A stretch of 64,000 nucleotides of DNA from Octopus bimaculoides (taxonomy: Eukaryota): positions 44,426,585 to 44,490,584 of the forward strand of contig NC_068995.1 in NCBI RefSeq assembly GCF_001194135.2, in the 5' to 3' direction. The position numbers and the translations under genes were made by a program. This document shows, piece by piece, positions 53,001 to 64,000 of this stretch. The notes under the pieces were generated by a model. The model made no database searches. It worked only from the letters and a program-made list of their open reading frames with translations, and was not told where the DNA came from. Position 1 is the stretch's first letter, and the number at the start of each line of letters is the position of its first letter.

Positions 53001-53889
53001 TGTAATGTCATCAACCCAATGAACTTTACTATAAGTAAATACCACAGTATGGTATACTTTACAATACTGTGTCAATGACCAAGATTGACACAGCTAAATG
53101 CACTGTCCAGAGTCCACCTAGCTGTAAATAGTTACCACAGTGTGGTGTAGCTCATTGCACTGTATGTATGACCAAGAAGTGGAAGCGCAATGGCCTAGTG
53201 GTTAGGGCAGCGGACTCGCGGTTTCGATTCCCAGACTGGGCGTTGTGAGTGTTTATTGAGCGAAAACACCTAAAGCTCTACAAGGCTCTGGCAGGGGATG
53301 GTGGCGAACCCTGCTGTACTCTTTCACCACAACTTTCTCTTACACACTGTGTCGCGCTGAATATCCCCAAGAACTACGTTAAGGGTACACGTGCCTGTGA
53401 AGTGCTCAGCCACTTGCACATTAATTTCACGGGCTGGCTGTTCCAGTTGATCGGATCAACTGGAACCCTCGACGGAGTGCCAACAACAAATGACCAAGAC
53501 ACTTAACTGTTGACAGCTCAGTCTGTGCTACTGTAAGTAGGTACTACTGTGGCATCAATGTGAAATTAGCAAGTGTTTTGTGGCTTACCAAACCATGCTT
53601 TTTTTTTTTTTTTTAGAATTTTATTTATTTATTTATTTATTTTACTGAAGGAAATCTATCAGAAATACACCAGTAGCTATGTCATCTAGTGATTTTTTTA
53701 TGGATTTTTTTTTTCCTTTCTCCTTTTAGATTTCCTGGTTTCAAAGAGGTCCGTTTGGTGCCTGGTCGGCATGATATTGCATTTGTTGAATTTGAAAATG
53801 AAATGCAAGCTGGTGCGGCAAAGGATGCACTTCAAGGCTTCAAGATTACACCAAACAATGCAATGAAAATCACATTTGCTAAGAAGTAG
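47014..53889 (+). CDS. SNRPA: U1A/U2B''/SNF-family snRNP protein (two RRMs, 258 aa)
   Basis: Exons 47014-47077, 48165-48337, 49578-49726, 50470-50582, 52543-52660 and 53730-53889 total 777 nt in frame. RRM1: [46 protein letters not shown]2: [47 protein letters not shown]. Confidence 0.97.
47491..47760 (-). mobile_element. SINE family A copy (antisense) in U1A intron 2
   Basis: Matches family A. Confidence 0.9.
48165..48337 (+). CDS. SNRPA: U1A/SNF coding exon (ELKKSLY...YDKPM), RRM1 core
   Basis: tttcag| and ATG|gtaaga; 173 nt. Confidence 0.96.
49292..49447 (+). mobile_element. 5'-truncated SINE family A copy (sense) in U1A intron 3
   Basis: ttggcgttaggaagggcatcc...gcggacgttaaacg(atg)n. 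Confidence 0.9.
49578..49726 (+). CDS. SNRPA: U1A/SNF coding exon ([18 protein letters not shown]...AAAA)
   Basis: taccag| and AA|gtgagt; 149 nt. Confidence 0.95.
50470..50582 (+). CDS. SNRPA: U1A/SNF coding exon (Pro/Gln-rich linker)
   Basis: ttccag| and A|gtaagt; 113 nt; phases fit the neighbouring exons. Confidence 0.9.
51952..52385 (+). mobile_element. tRNA-derived SINE family C in U1A intron 5
   Basis: Reverse complement of 30253-30640. Confidence 0.9.
52543..52660 (+). CDS. SNRPA: U1A/SNF coding exon (...[14 protein letters not shown]...LFNQ)
   Basis: ttgcag| and CA|gtaagt; 118 nt. Confidence 0.95.
53178..53489 (+). mobile_element. tRNA-derived SINE family C with TSD
   Basis: Flanked by the 10-bp direct repeat atgaccaaga (53168-53177, 53490-53499). 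Confidence 0.9.
53730..53889 (+). CDS. SNRPA: U1A/SNF last coding exon (FPGFKEV...TFAKK*)
   Basis: ttttag|; TAG at 53887-53889. Confidence 0.96.
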
Positions 53890-54013
53890 GACAAGAAAGA
53901 AGACAGTAAAAATATGATGAAAGAAATTTGGTGCATTTCAGTAAAACTTACAAAATAAACCATCAAATTCTGCACAACTTTGCTGCCAGATGGAATGGTA
54001 AGCAGCATCAATG

Positions 54014-54041
54014 CCATCGTCATTGCACCATCCGACGGTGG
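54014..54041 (+). promoter_or_regulatory. U1 snRNA SLII-mimic hairpin (predicted U1A/SNF binding site) in the U1A/SNF 3'UTR
   Basis: CCAUCGUC [AUUGCAC CAUCC] GACGGUGG: 8-bp stem with one G-U pair and a C-G closing pair. Confidence 0.8.
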
Positions 54042-54234
54042 ATTCTCATTTTACATTCTTCATTTTGGTGGGTGAGGGGGGGTGAAGTTAATTCGCAGTA
54101 TTCTTACCAAAACTCATTGACAGATTTCTTCCTTTCTTTCACCATTTCATAGTTTTTGTTTGTTCGTTTTTTTTTTTCCAACTGAGATATTTGTTTACTT
54201 TTCTTTTATATTGAAATACAAATTAGAGAATAAC

Positions 54235-54240
54235 AATAAA
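54235..54240 (+). terminator. SNRPA: Distal polyadenylation signal of U1A/SNF (a proximal AATAAA is at 53954-53959)
   Basis: AATAAA followed by U/GU-rich downstream sequence. Confidence 0.65.
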
Positions 54241-55059
54241 ATGACAAATTCTCTCTTAAAAACACTGGGAAAATTTTGTTTCTATTTAATGTGATCTTGT
54301 TTGTTTTTATAATTATCAATGTTCTTAATGAGCTTGATGTAGCCAGTAGTATATATCGGTGGGTACCAGAAATCTGTTGAAGTCCCACCAAAGATTTGGT
54401 CTTTCTCTGTAATATAACGAAAGAGGAGACATATTGCCTGAATGAATCCCTGCATTGAATGCTAAGTGAATCATTTAATGTTCTCCTTCCATGCTGGCAT
54501 GGATTGGACAGTTTGATGAGAGCTGGCAAGCCAGTAGACTGTGTAATGCTCTACTGTCTGTTTTGGCATAGTTTCTATGGCTGGATGTCCTTCCTAAAAC
54601 TAACCATTTTACAGAGTGTACTGGGTGCATTTTCTTGTAGTACCAGTGAGGCCAGCAAGTAACTTGCAAGACTTGACTCCTTAGCTAAGTAGGGGTTCTA
54701 GTATTGGAGGAGGTGACTTTGTGCGAGGTGATGAGTATGATAGAGAGACAGAAACAGGTGTCTTGTTGTAGGAGTCTACCCTCATGTTTCAGGGAGGTGT
54801 ATAAAAGTGAAGTGGTTTAAGCGATTGGATAAGGTGAGCAAGAGAAAGGAAAGTGGGAGATGGTGGGGAAGAGGTATGCAGTGAGTGAATACAGGTGGAG
54901 GGAAGGGGGTGTTAGGAACATACATTTTGGGAGTGGGAGAGGGGCATGCAGTGAATGGTGAACGCAGGTGGAATAAGCGGGTGTTAGGAAGATGAGTTGT
55001 TGGGGATAGATTGTGTACAGGTGCATTGGCATACCTTTAGGGCCTCAATTTTACTTGGA

Positions 55060-55410
55060 TGGGTTTTCTCAAGCACAACAAATCCCAATTGTCTCAGTCC
55101 TTTGTCATCTCCTCTGTGAGGCTCAACACCTGGAGGTCATTTTTCACCACTTGCAATCATTGCTTCATTATGTAGCTGTTATCATCCATATCATTTCTTG
55201 CTCACTACATCTGATGCCTCTCATACCTGGTTTTACTCTCAACTCACACTTTGTTAAAAATGCACATCCAGTGGGGAGCATGCTAGCTTCATTTCTTTGA
55301 AGCATGTTCTCTGCAGTCACAGCCCATGTTTCGCTGCTTTGCAGCGTATAACCTTCATACAATCTGTATTTTACTGTGAGGAGAAGCCTTTTGTTGGTCA
55401 CAAAGCTCAT
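55060..55410 (-). mobile_element. RTE-clade LINE ORF2 remnant (post-RT region)
   Basis: RLY...SETWAVTAE...RNEASML resembles RTE ORF2. Confidence 0.75.
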
Positions 55411-55448
55411 TTATTCCAGGCTTTACTTCCACGCCTTAAATTTCTTCT

Positions 55449-55700
55449 TTAATTACCTCCGCCAAGGAAGGAGGTTATGTTTTCATCAGCGTTGATTTGT
55501 CCATCTGTGTGCAAAATAATCCAAAAAGTTGTGAATGGTATTTGATAAAACTTGCAGGAAAAGTTGGTAATGACACAAGGGACAGATGGTGAAAATTTGG
55601 TAGTGATCCGGGAGTTTTTATGGATTCTTGAAGGATTTTTCATTTGCTATATTTACTTTACAATTTTACGTTCTTTGATTATCTCCCTTGAAAGCACGTT
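55449..55700 (+). mobile_element. Non-autonomous DNA element starting ttaattacctccgccaaggaaggaggttatg (possibly Helentron/HINE-like)
   Basis: A truncated second start occurs at ~56003 (ttaccccctgccaaggaggttatgtttt). The class assignment is inference. Confidence 0.4.
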
Positions 55701-56104
55701 CATCGTTTCCACATAACCTATGGTGGCGTTGCTGTTTAGAGACAGTGTTGATGATGATGATGGTCGAGATAAGTATGGGAGGAGGATAAAATAGTATCAG
55801 TGGTTATAATGGCGACAGGAACAGTGGTGTTGTGTGATGGTGGTCTTGTAATGGTTACACTGATTGTGGTGGTGAAAGTGACTGTAACAGTCATAACATT
55901 GATAGTGGTGTATGTGGTTGAACTGGAAGCAATGACAATGCTGCTGATGATGTTGGTGGTTGTGAACTGCTTTGGATGATCCCTGTTTTTAAAGGGGGGG
56001 GGTTTACCCCCTGCCAAGGAGGTTATGTTTTTGCTGGCATTGGTTTGGGAAATTGGGCGATTTTTCAGCCTGCGTGTATATGGGTGGAAATGAGCTGCTG
56101 TGTG

Positions 56105-56340
56105 GAGGTCTGCGCTCTCTGAGTGCTTTTCTAGTTCTATGAAAGATTCATCTATAAGAACAAGGTCATCAGTATAGAGGAGCTCCCACAGGCAACCCAT
56201 CTTAATCTCCCTTGTCATGGTTTGGAGAACTATGGTAAATAAAAGGGGCCTAAGAACCAAACCCGGGTGAACTCCTACCTTCACACTAAATTCAATGCCA
56301 TATTCATTGCAACTTTCATCCTGCTGATAGCACTCCTTTC
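56105..56340 (-). mobile_element. RTE-clade reverse transcriptase remnant
   Basis: FSVKVGVHPGLVLRPLLF...WELLYTDDLVLI (QGxxLSP and YADD motifs, degenerate). Confidence 0.85.
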
Positions 56341-56366
56341 TATTGCCCACAACAGTCAACTGTACA

Positions 56367-57208
56367 TACGAGATGGTATTAAAAAGTTCCTGAACTAGCT
56401 CAGTAGCACACCAACAGGTGACAGCACACGATTGCATGCTCAGTGAGAGCGAGCAGTGACCTTCATGAGGCAGTGTGCCGAGTGCCATTGCTGTGTTTAC
56501 TTTGCAAATTGTAAAATTTGTGTTTTTGCAATCATGTGTATGCTGTAGTCTGAGATTTTGTCATGGACATCCCATCAAAGTCTATCGAGATCTCTGTCAG
56601 TGTGCCGCTGATGACCCGTCCTTCATACCAAGGATTATCACCGGTGATGAGAGTTGGGTCTACGGGTGTGACCCTGGGAGGAAGCAGCAGTCATTGCAAT
56701 GTAAGAGGCCTTCATCTCCACAACCGAAGAAGGCATGACAGGGCTTGCAGCTCAATCAAGAGCATGCTTGTCATTTTTTTCGTTCATCCAAAGTGCATTA
56801 AGAATTTTCCCCCCAAGGCCAGATCGTCAATTGAGTGTTGTATTCTTTACAATGACAACACACCCTTTCGTTGAGCTCTCCTCACTGTGAGTTTCTCGCC
56901 AAAACCAAGATGGTATCATTTCCACACCTAGCCTATTCGCCAGATTTAGCACCTGCAGACTTCCACCTCTTCCCCAAGATAAAAATGCAGCTCAATGGTT
57001 GTCATTTTGACACTGTTGTCAAGATCCAGAGCGAATTGCAGAGGGTCTTCGGTTTGCTTGAGGAAAATGCTTTCCAGACCAGATTCCAAAAGTGGCAGGA
57101 ATGCTCGAACCGATGTATCGCTGCGCAAGGTGACTGTTTTGAAGGAGATGGTGTTGAAACTGAGGTAAATAAGTTATTTTTTTATTAAACGTAACTAGTC
57201 CAGGAACT
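56367..57208 (+). mobile_element. Internally deleted mariner element
   Basis: RIITGDESWVYGCDP and AYSPDLAPADFHLFPK motifs. TIR cores agttcctgaactag / ctagtccaggaact. Confidence 0.92.
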
Positions 57209-60200
57209 GCAATGAGTAACAACATAGTGCTTATAACTTGTAAGTTTCCTCATGGTGGTGTGAAACCAGGTGGTGAGTTAAATATGTTCCCATCTAGGCC
57301 AAAGTGAAATTTGAACTCGAAACTCAGAGCCAAAACAAATACTACAAGATATCTGGTACAACATCCTTACAGTTCCTTCATTCTACTGTCTTGGATTGGT
57401 ACTTCTTTTAATCAAGTTCAGAAACTGAAAGACAAAGTTGTTCTCATCATGATTTGAACTCATTGTAACATCATTATCATCATTTAATGTCCGTTTTCCT
57501 TGCTGGCATGAATTGTACGGTTTGACTGGAGTGGGCAAGTTGGAGAGCTGCACCAGGGTCCATTGTTTGTTTTAGCATGGTTTCTATGAGTGTGATGTCC
57601 TTCTCAGCTCTACCAAATGTTAACTTATTCAAAAAAGTGATCAGAAATAATCATGTTGTGAGAAAGTCATAAGGAAATGACAGTATTAATTCAATGATAA
57701 ACAATATTTGAATTTTGACAAGTGTGGTAGACCACTCTGAACATGTTCTGGTCTTGTTAGATCTCTTCAGCGAAGCATACACTTCACTTTACTTATCAAA
57801 GTAGTGATTAAAAATCATTGACTCGAGTGCAGTATTGTATAGGAGTAGGTATGAAATATTAGTGTATTTTAGAGAATAAATCACTGACATTGTTATTAAT
57901 GTTGGGGGTGATTGTAATGATGATCTAGTAGAGTAAGGAATGGATCGAAGTTTCTAGAGTTATTTTGTTTTGACCTTAAAGTGTGTTCTCTGTAAGAGGT
58001 TGACTATATGAAGTAAACCTAGGCTAACTTTGATCAAAGACCTTCTTCCCATGACCATCATCATAATTATTAGCTTATATCTACTTTCCATTGATTCAGC
58101 AGGATATCATGATCTGTGAAAGTTCTTATTCAATCTTGTTGTCCTTTTAGGTGTGGTCGAGGGATGACCTCTTGTTTTGTACATTTTATTTTGGGAGGGT
58201 TTAGGTGCAGATGTGGCTGTGTGGTTAAGAGGCTTGTTTCCCAACCACATGGTTTTGGGTTCAATCCCACTACATGGCACATTTGGGGAAGTGTCTTCTA
58301 CTATAGTCCTAGGTCTATCAAAGCCTTGCAGTAGATTTGGTGAGTGGAAACTGGAAGAAAGCTTGCATGTGTATGTCTCCTTGTCTTGACATCATGTGTT
58401 AGTTGTAAATGTGTCTCTGTCATAGAAGCAGAGTCATTCATTTCCAATGTTCTGCTTGTCTAACAACAAAGATTTCCTTGCTTGGAAAGAGGTTGAGGTT
58501 AGTGGCTAGAAGGGCATCTGACTATAGAAAATCTGTCTCGAATTTTAACCCAAGCAAGCATGGAAAGGTGGACATTAAAATGATGATGATGATGATAGTC
58601 TCTGGATGATTCTCTGTCTAATATCAACCATTTTGTAGAGTGTACTGAGTGCATTTTTATGTGGCACCAGCATTAGAAGGGATATCATGTCCTCAGTAAG
58701 ACTAAAGGCTTCTCTAAATTATCCATTGGTATCTGTTGTAACCAACCACTGTACAGAGTTACTGGGTGCATTTTAATGTGGCACCAGCACATGAGGTTGC
58801 TTTGTTAGACAAAAGTGTCTTTGCTGCTTAATTTTGTCTTCATTTATCCAGGACAACATGACCAAGAGAATGGATAGAAAAAATAAGGCAATTACAAAAG
58901 ATGATTTAAAGTGGAAGGGACAAATGGGAGAGATAGTGCTAGAGGAATAATGAGGTGTGTAATGGCAACTACATGATTAGTAGTAAGAGAGAGAGAGAGA
59001 ATGTGCGCAAGTGATAGAAAGTTGAATGCCAGTAAAAGAGTAATTTGGGTGAGAGAAGATGTGATGGCAAGCAGCTGAGTGAGGTAAACGGTGAGATGCA
59101 TTGGATATGAAGAGTTCTGGTGTAATCCCTCATTCAGGCATTGTGATGGGAGATAGGCAGTAATTGCAGGTGAAGGAGAGAGAGAGAGAGAGCAAGTACA
59201 ACTACATTATCCAAATGTGGTGTGATTTGAGGGAGATATGGCTGCTATTTCCTGTAGGTTAAGAGATCATGTAGAAACTTCCTTGTTAGCTTGATGCTAC
59301 ATGGTAGTGAGACACGAGTCGTTCAATGTGGAGGAATGGGGTGAGTATGATCTGCTTGAACATGGAGTATTGGCTGTGGAAGATCTGTTGAGACGAGAGA
59401 GAGAAATGGATGCGGTTTACTGAATATGTAATGTTAGTTTAGTTTTGTGCTTAAGGCATAGGTCTTTGAATGTCAGCAATTCTGTGGAGACTACAAATCT
59501 TCCACATTGAACAACTTGTGTCTCACTACCAATTAACATCAAGCCAAAGGGGAAGTTTCTACATGATTTCATAACCTATGAGAAATAGCTGCCATTAGTG
59601 CCTCTCTCCTATCACAATGCCTGAATAATGAGATTATATATCAATCTCATGTGGGTCACTCTGAGGTTCAAGAAAAGTAAGCTAAGATCTGCTGGATGGG
59701 TTGTCCTTGGTCCAAGCCAGTTCTTATTTCATGTTAGTACTTTCTTAGGTGGCACATCTCAACACATCCCCTTTTTAGCATGGTTTCTATATACCTGGAT
59801 ACTTTTCTGAATATCTGCCTCTTTACAGAGTATACTTATTTTTTTATGGCACCAGCACTAGAGACATTACTTATATTATGCTCTTAGCCAAACTAAAGGG
59901 GTCCACTTGACTCTGTATAATTCCTCAATCCATTTGCCAATCACTTAGAGTTTACCATATGCATTTTATCATGCCATCAACACAACTAGTTGCTTTGTGT
60001 CCCACAAATCTAGAGAGTCTTGACTATGTTATCTCTGCTCATTGAGGACAGTGTAACCAAGAGATAATTGCACAAGTAGGTGAGTTCTACAAGAGAGAGA
60101 GTGTCAGAGAGGCGAGAGGGCATAATGTATGTGCATGTGCATATATCTATGATAATCAGTCTACCTATCAGTATTGAATATTTTCTTTTGCTTAACTGCA

Positions 60201-60229
60201 TTTCACACTATTGAGTGTGTGTGTGTGTA

Positions 60230-60840
60230 CACCAAGTAATTCGGTGGGGAAAAAACTGAAGAAAAGTACACTTCCCCTTGGTATTTAAAAAACAAAAGTT
60301 ATTCAGTAAAACCATCCTCAATCTTGATGTGACTCTGTGCCAGAATAGTGATTCTAATTCCTGTTGCCCATTGTGTCTATAATGGCAGCCTTCAGCTGTT
60401 CTTATGTTGTTTAGCAAACGCTTCGACCAGATCACATAATTCTCTTGATCTTGCAGGACTTAAACTGTTCTCCCTTTTGTTATTTAGGACTTAATACTCG
60501 ATCTACTCATGCATCACATATCTGACAGTGGGCTCTGTTACCTTGAGCTACTTGGAAATGGCCCTCTTCAACTTCCTGAGATTCTCATTGACGATGTCTT
60601 GAAGGAACTTGACCCATCTTGATTGTGCCTAACCAGGGAGAATGTTTCTTGCATCTTGGCTGCAGTTGGTATGAGCTGCCAAAAGCCTCCAGATCTTTCC
60701 TGACCTTCAACATAATCTGACTGTGTTCAAGAAGCTAATAAACTCTGAATTACTTTGGCTGGTGGATGGAACCACAAGTACAGCCTGTCTTATCGTTTCT
60801 TGTCAGGCTGGAATCTGCCATGTTGATTTTGTTTGTGTAT
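60230..60840 (-). mobile_element. Highly degenerate Tc1/mariner-superfamily transposase remnant
   Basis: Frameshifted pieces NYVIWS, EQLKAAIIDTMGN and IEDGFTE* resemble DYYVW..LKAAI..EGGFIE* C-termini. Confidence 0.5.
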
Positions 60841-63800
60841 CTGAGAGAGAAATGAGAACATTAAAATTTGGTGCATATTTTGTTACATGATGTTAGATTG
60901 TCTACCCATTTATGACCCACTAAAATATAGTGTTCACAAAGACTTGGTACACTCTGTATGTGTATGTACACACATATTCTCTAATACAGATATGTACATG
61001 AATGTGTGACTAATTATTTAAACATCATCTTTTCTCTTTGTGCTTTCAGAAATGGACGCCTTCAGTAGTATGTAATCTACAATCAACAACTGACACATGT
61101 TGGGATATTAATCTCTTGACAATCCAACAGAAGATGGAACTATCAAATTACTGATAGCAATCAATATTTCACTGTCCTACAACAGTATGAGTGTGTTTGT
61201 GTGTGTGTATTCATTTGGTTTAACCAGAATAAGGAGGAGGGTCAGGCTCCATACAGCGGAAGGAACCGTAAATCATAAGATTGCTACAGTGGATCCTTTG
61301 TTTGGAGTCTTGGTCTAAATGTCTGCAACAGAATGTCCTCCATTGAAACACCAAGCATGATGTGATGGTGTTGAAGCAAGTAACCGACTGGGTCATCCAC
61401 CAACCAGGAACAGGTAAAAAGTCCAATAAGATTCCACACAGTTTCCCTGACCAAATTTCATTCACAATTGGATTAATCTTAGGTTATGTAGAGTGGAATC
61501 GAAGTTGGATTGGTGAAATGATGTATTATCTTTTTCAACATCCACTTTTCTATGCTTGCATGGGTTAGATGGAATCTGTTGAGACAGATTTTCTACAGCT
61601 GGATGCTCTTTCTGCCACCCACCATTACTTGTTTCCAAGTAAGATAATTTCTTTATGGCCAGACATGTTTTCGTAACAGTTTGGAAATGAACAAAATTGC
61701 TTGTGTGATGATGATAATGAGGCTCATTTTCAACTATCACGTAATTTCAAGACAGGGAAACAATGATACTCACACACACAAGATGGGCTTCCTTCAGTTT
61801 CCATCTACCAAATCCACTCAGAGGGCTTTTATCGGCCTGGAGCTATAGTAGAAGACACGTGTCCAAGGTGCCATACAGTGGGACTGAACCCAAAACCATG
61901 TGGTTGGGAAGCAAGCTTCTAAACTACACAGCCATACCTGCATTTCATTGTATATTCTATGTGATATGACTATGATACATCATATATCATAAATACACTT
62001 ATCATAACTTAGGATTTTACTATTCAGTTCAGCCCAGCATAGAGAAATTAATGGTTTCAATTCCTTACCTGTAGGTCTCATTGGCTTCTGGTTTAGGGAT
62101 GATTATCAGACACACACATAGTACTGTATAAGATCCAATACGTGTGATTTTTTTGAGAAATTTTAGCAGAAATATTCAAATCAATTCACAGGAACTGCAA
62201 GCCCCAACCTTGAGAAAAATCTGGTAGAACTCTCAGACACATCTGCAACATTCCAGAACACTGCTATAACTCAGTTTTAATAAATGTTATCTTTCCTACT
62301 CATAAAAACACACATACCCACAAAAACAACTGTAGCTTCTGTGTCTTTGTTAACCTTCAGCATTGTGCAAAGTTACATGATACCATTGGTGGTAGGTGCA
62401 GAGGAATGGGAATTATTGTATTCCAACCAAGTTGATCTGGTCCATCTCTGCTGTACCCAGCTCCAGAATCTGTACTTACACAGAAATTAATTGGACAATG
62501 GAGAAAAGGTAACATGTTCATATTATTATCACTCAGTAGTCCCTTTGATAAACATCATTATGTTTCTCTGTCCTGTGTGTTTTGTACCAGACTGAGGTAT
62601 GGTGTTTGGATCATCGGTTTTCTAAGTCTCAGTAGTTTGACCAATTCTCAGTATATCATCTAAGCTATTTCAATCTGTGACAATAACTAATAAAAACTAT
62701 TCAATTTACATATTTTTGTATTTGTATTTTTTCTTTGTAAATATATTAAACTTCAAGGTGGTCACATTAGGATTCAACTGGTCTATTCTGTTTTTGTTTC
62801 AGGGTTACACTCCTTCTCTAAGCTGAGAAGTTCTTGTCTTGTGAACTTGTGGGTGCTAGTGCCTCGTACAAAGCACCCAGTACACTCTGTAAAGTAGCTG
62901 GTGTTAGGAAGGGCATCCAGCCATAGAAACTATGCCAATACAGACAATTGAAGCCTGGTGTAGCTCTCCAGCTTGCTAGCTCCTATCAAACAGTCCAACC
63001 CATGCCAACATGGAAATCAGATGTTAAATGGTGATGATGATGACAATTACACATTACTGTTTTGGGGGAGTTCTTTGCCTTTTAAATTTGTGACCTGCCT
63101 AACTTTACTAGTACCACACTAATGGCTGTATAAGATATGAGAGGCTTTTCTGTTGTGCCCTGTACATTTTGATTTTTAATTAATTAGATAAGGACCAACC
63201 AACCATCCATGTGAATACTTACACTCATATTCTAGACAATGCCCAGTTTGAATACCTTAGTTTGTTCATTAATCAATTAGCCAAAAACACCCATGCCTAC
63301 CTGCATCTTACCTTTGGCCTTTTAGCATTCAGATTCTCTCAAATGTAATGCTTATTTATTCACATTGTTTTGATTTAATCATACATTATCTCAGTTTTAA
63401 GATTTCACTGATATAATTGTTTATTTTTAGAATCTGATCATTTTGGACATAAGATAGGGCTGGATATGGTCAGTTTAATGCCAAAGGGATAAATAAACCA
63501 CAGCATTTTCTAATTCAATGCTCCATGCTTCAATGGTTTTCTTAACTTTTCACCTGTTTCAACATGTACAATGGACTTTCTTTAGTTTTTATTTACCAAA
63601 TTCACTCACAAGGCTTTGGTTAGCCCAAGGATATACTAGAACTCACTTGCCAAAGGTGTCACACAGAGGGCTTGAACCCAAGACTATCTAATTAGAGCCA
63701 TTCAAAAAGTTATTTGTAACAAAGTCTCTCTCTGTGTTTTTGTTTCTTTTTCTGTTAGCAATATGTCATCATCATCATCATTATTTTAGCATCTTTTCTA

Positions 63801-64000
63801 TGCTTGTATTGGATCAAATGGGAATTCACTGAGGCAGATTTTCTACAGCTGGATGCTCTTCCTGTCGCCAGCCCTCACCTGTTTCCAAGCAAGGTAACGT
63901 TTCCCCATGTTCAGACACCTCCAACCTGGAATTTTTTCAAAACCAACAGTTTCCAAATTATGACGTCTGTACTGTGTAATAATGTATTTGATACAAATGT

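Noticed and set aside
55736-56488. 250-aa minus ORF
   Set aside because: Chimera of mariner antisense sequence, a degenerate RT fragment and low-complexity sequence.
1-64000. CRISPR arrays, rRNA genes and prokaryotic systems
   Set aside because: No regularly spaced direct repeats with unique spacers and no rRNA similarity. The sequence is intron-rich eukaryotic DNA.

Overview
AT-rich, microsatellite- and SINE-dense eukaryotic DNA with many N gaps. The repeat content suggests a cephalopod, probably Octopus (inference). Two intact multi-exon genes lie on the + strand: VPS26 (retromer subunit; 8 coding exons, 21023-33559, with its ATG exon not found on the + strand) and a single U1A/U2B''/SNF-type snRNP protein gene (6 coding exons, 47014-53889, 258 aa). 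The first coding exon of an unidentified minus-strand gene (MSDRESDEDQQQQAQNR) is at 6337-6388. An orphan ATG|GTGAGT first exon at 45591-45593 (-) lies head-to-head with U1A. The rest is tRNA-derived SINEs, LINE remnants, Tc1/mariner remnants, hAT MITEs and a Helitron-like element. No CRISPR, rRNA or genuine tRNA genes were seen. The main finding is in the U1A/SNF 3'UTR, which carries a U1 snRNA stem-loop II mimic (C-AUUGCAC-CAUCC-G on an 8-bp stem). This hairpin sits inside a well-formed 155-nt candidate 3'UTR intron/U1 site and between two AAUAAA signals. Together these suggest a candidate invertebrate autoregulatory circuit built differently from the vertebrate PIE. Also notable are two ~90-95-bp-arm palindromes and inverted SINEs flanking U1A exon 3.
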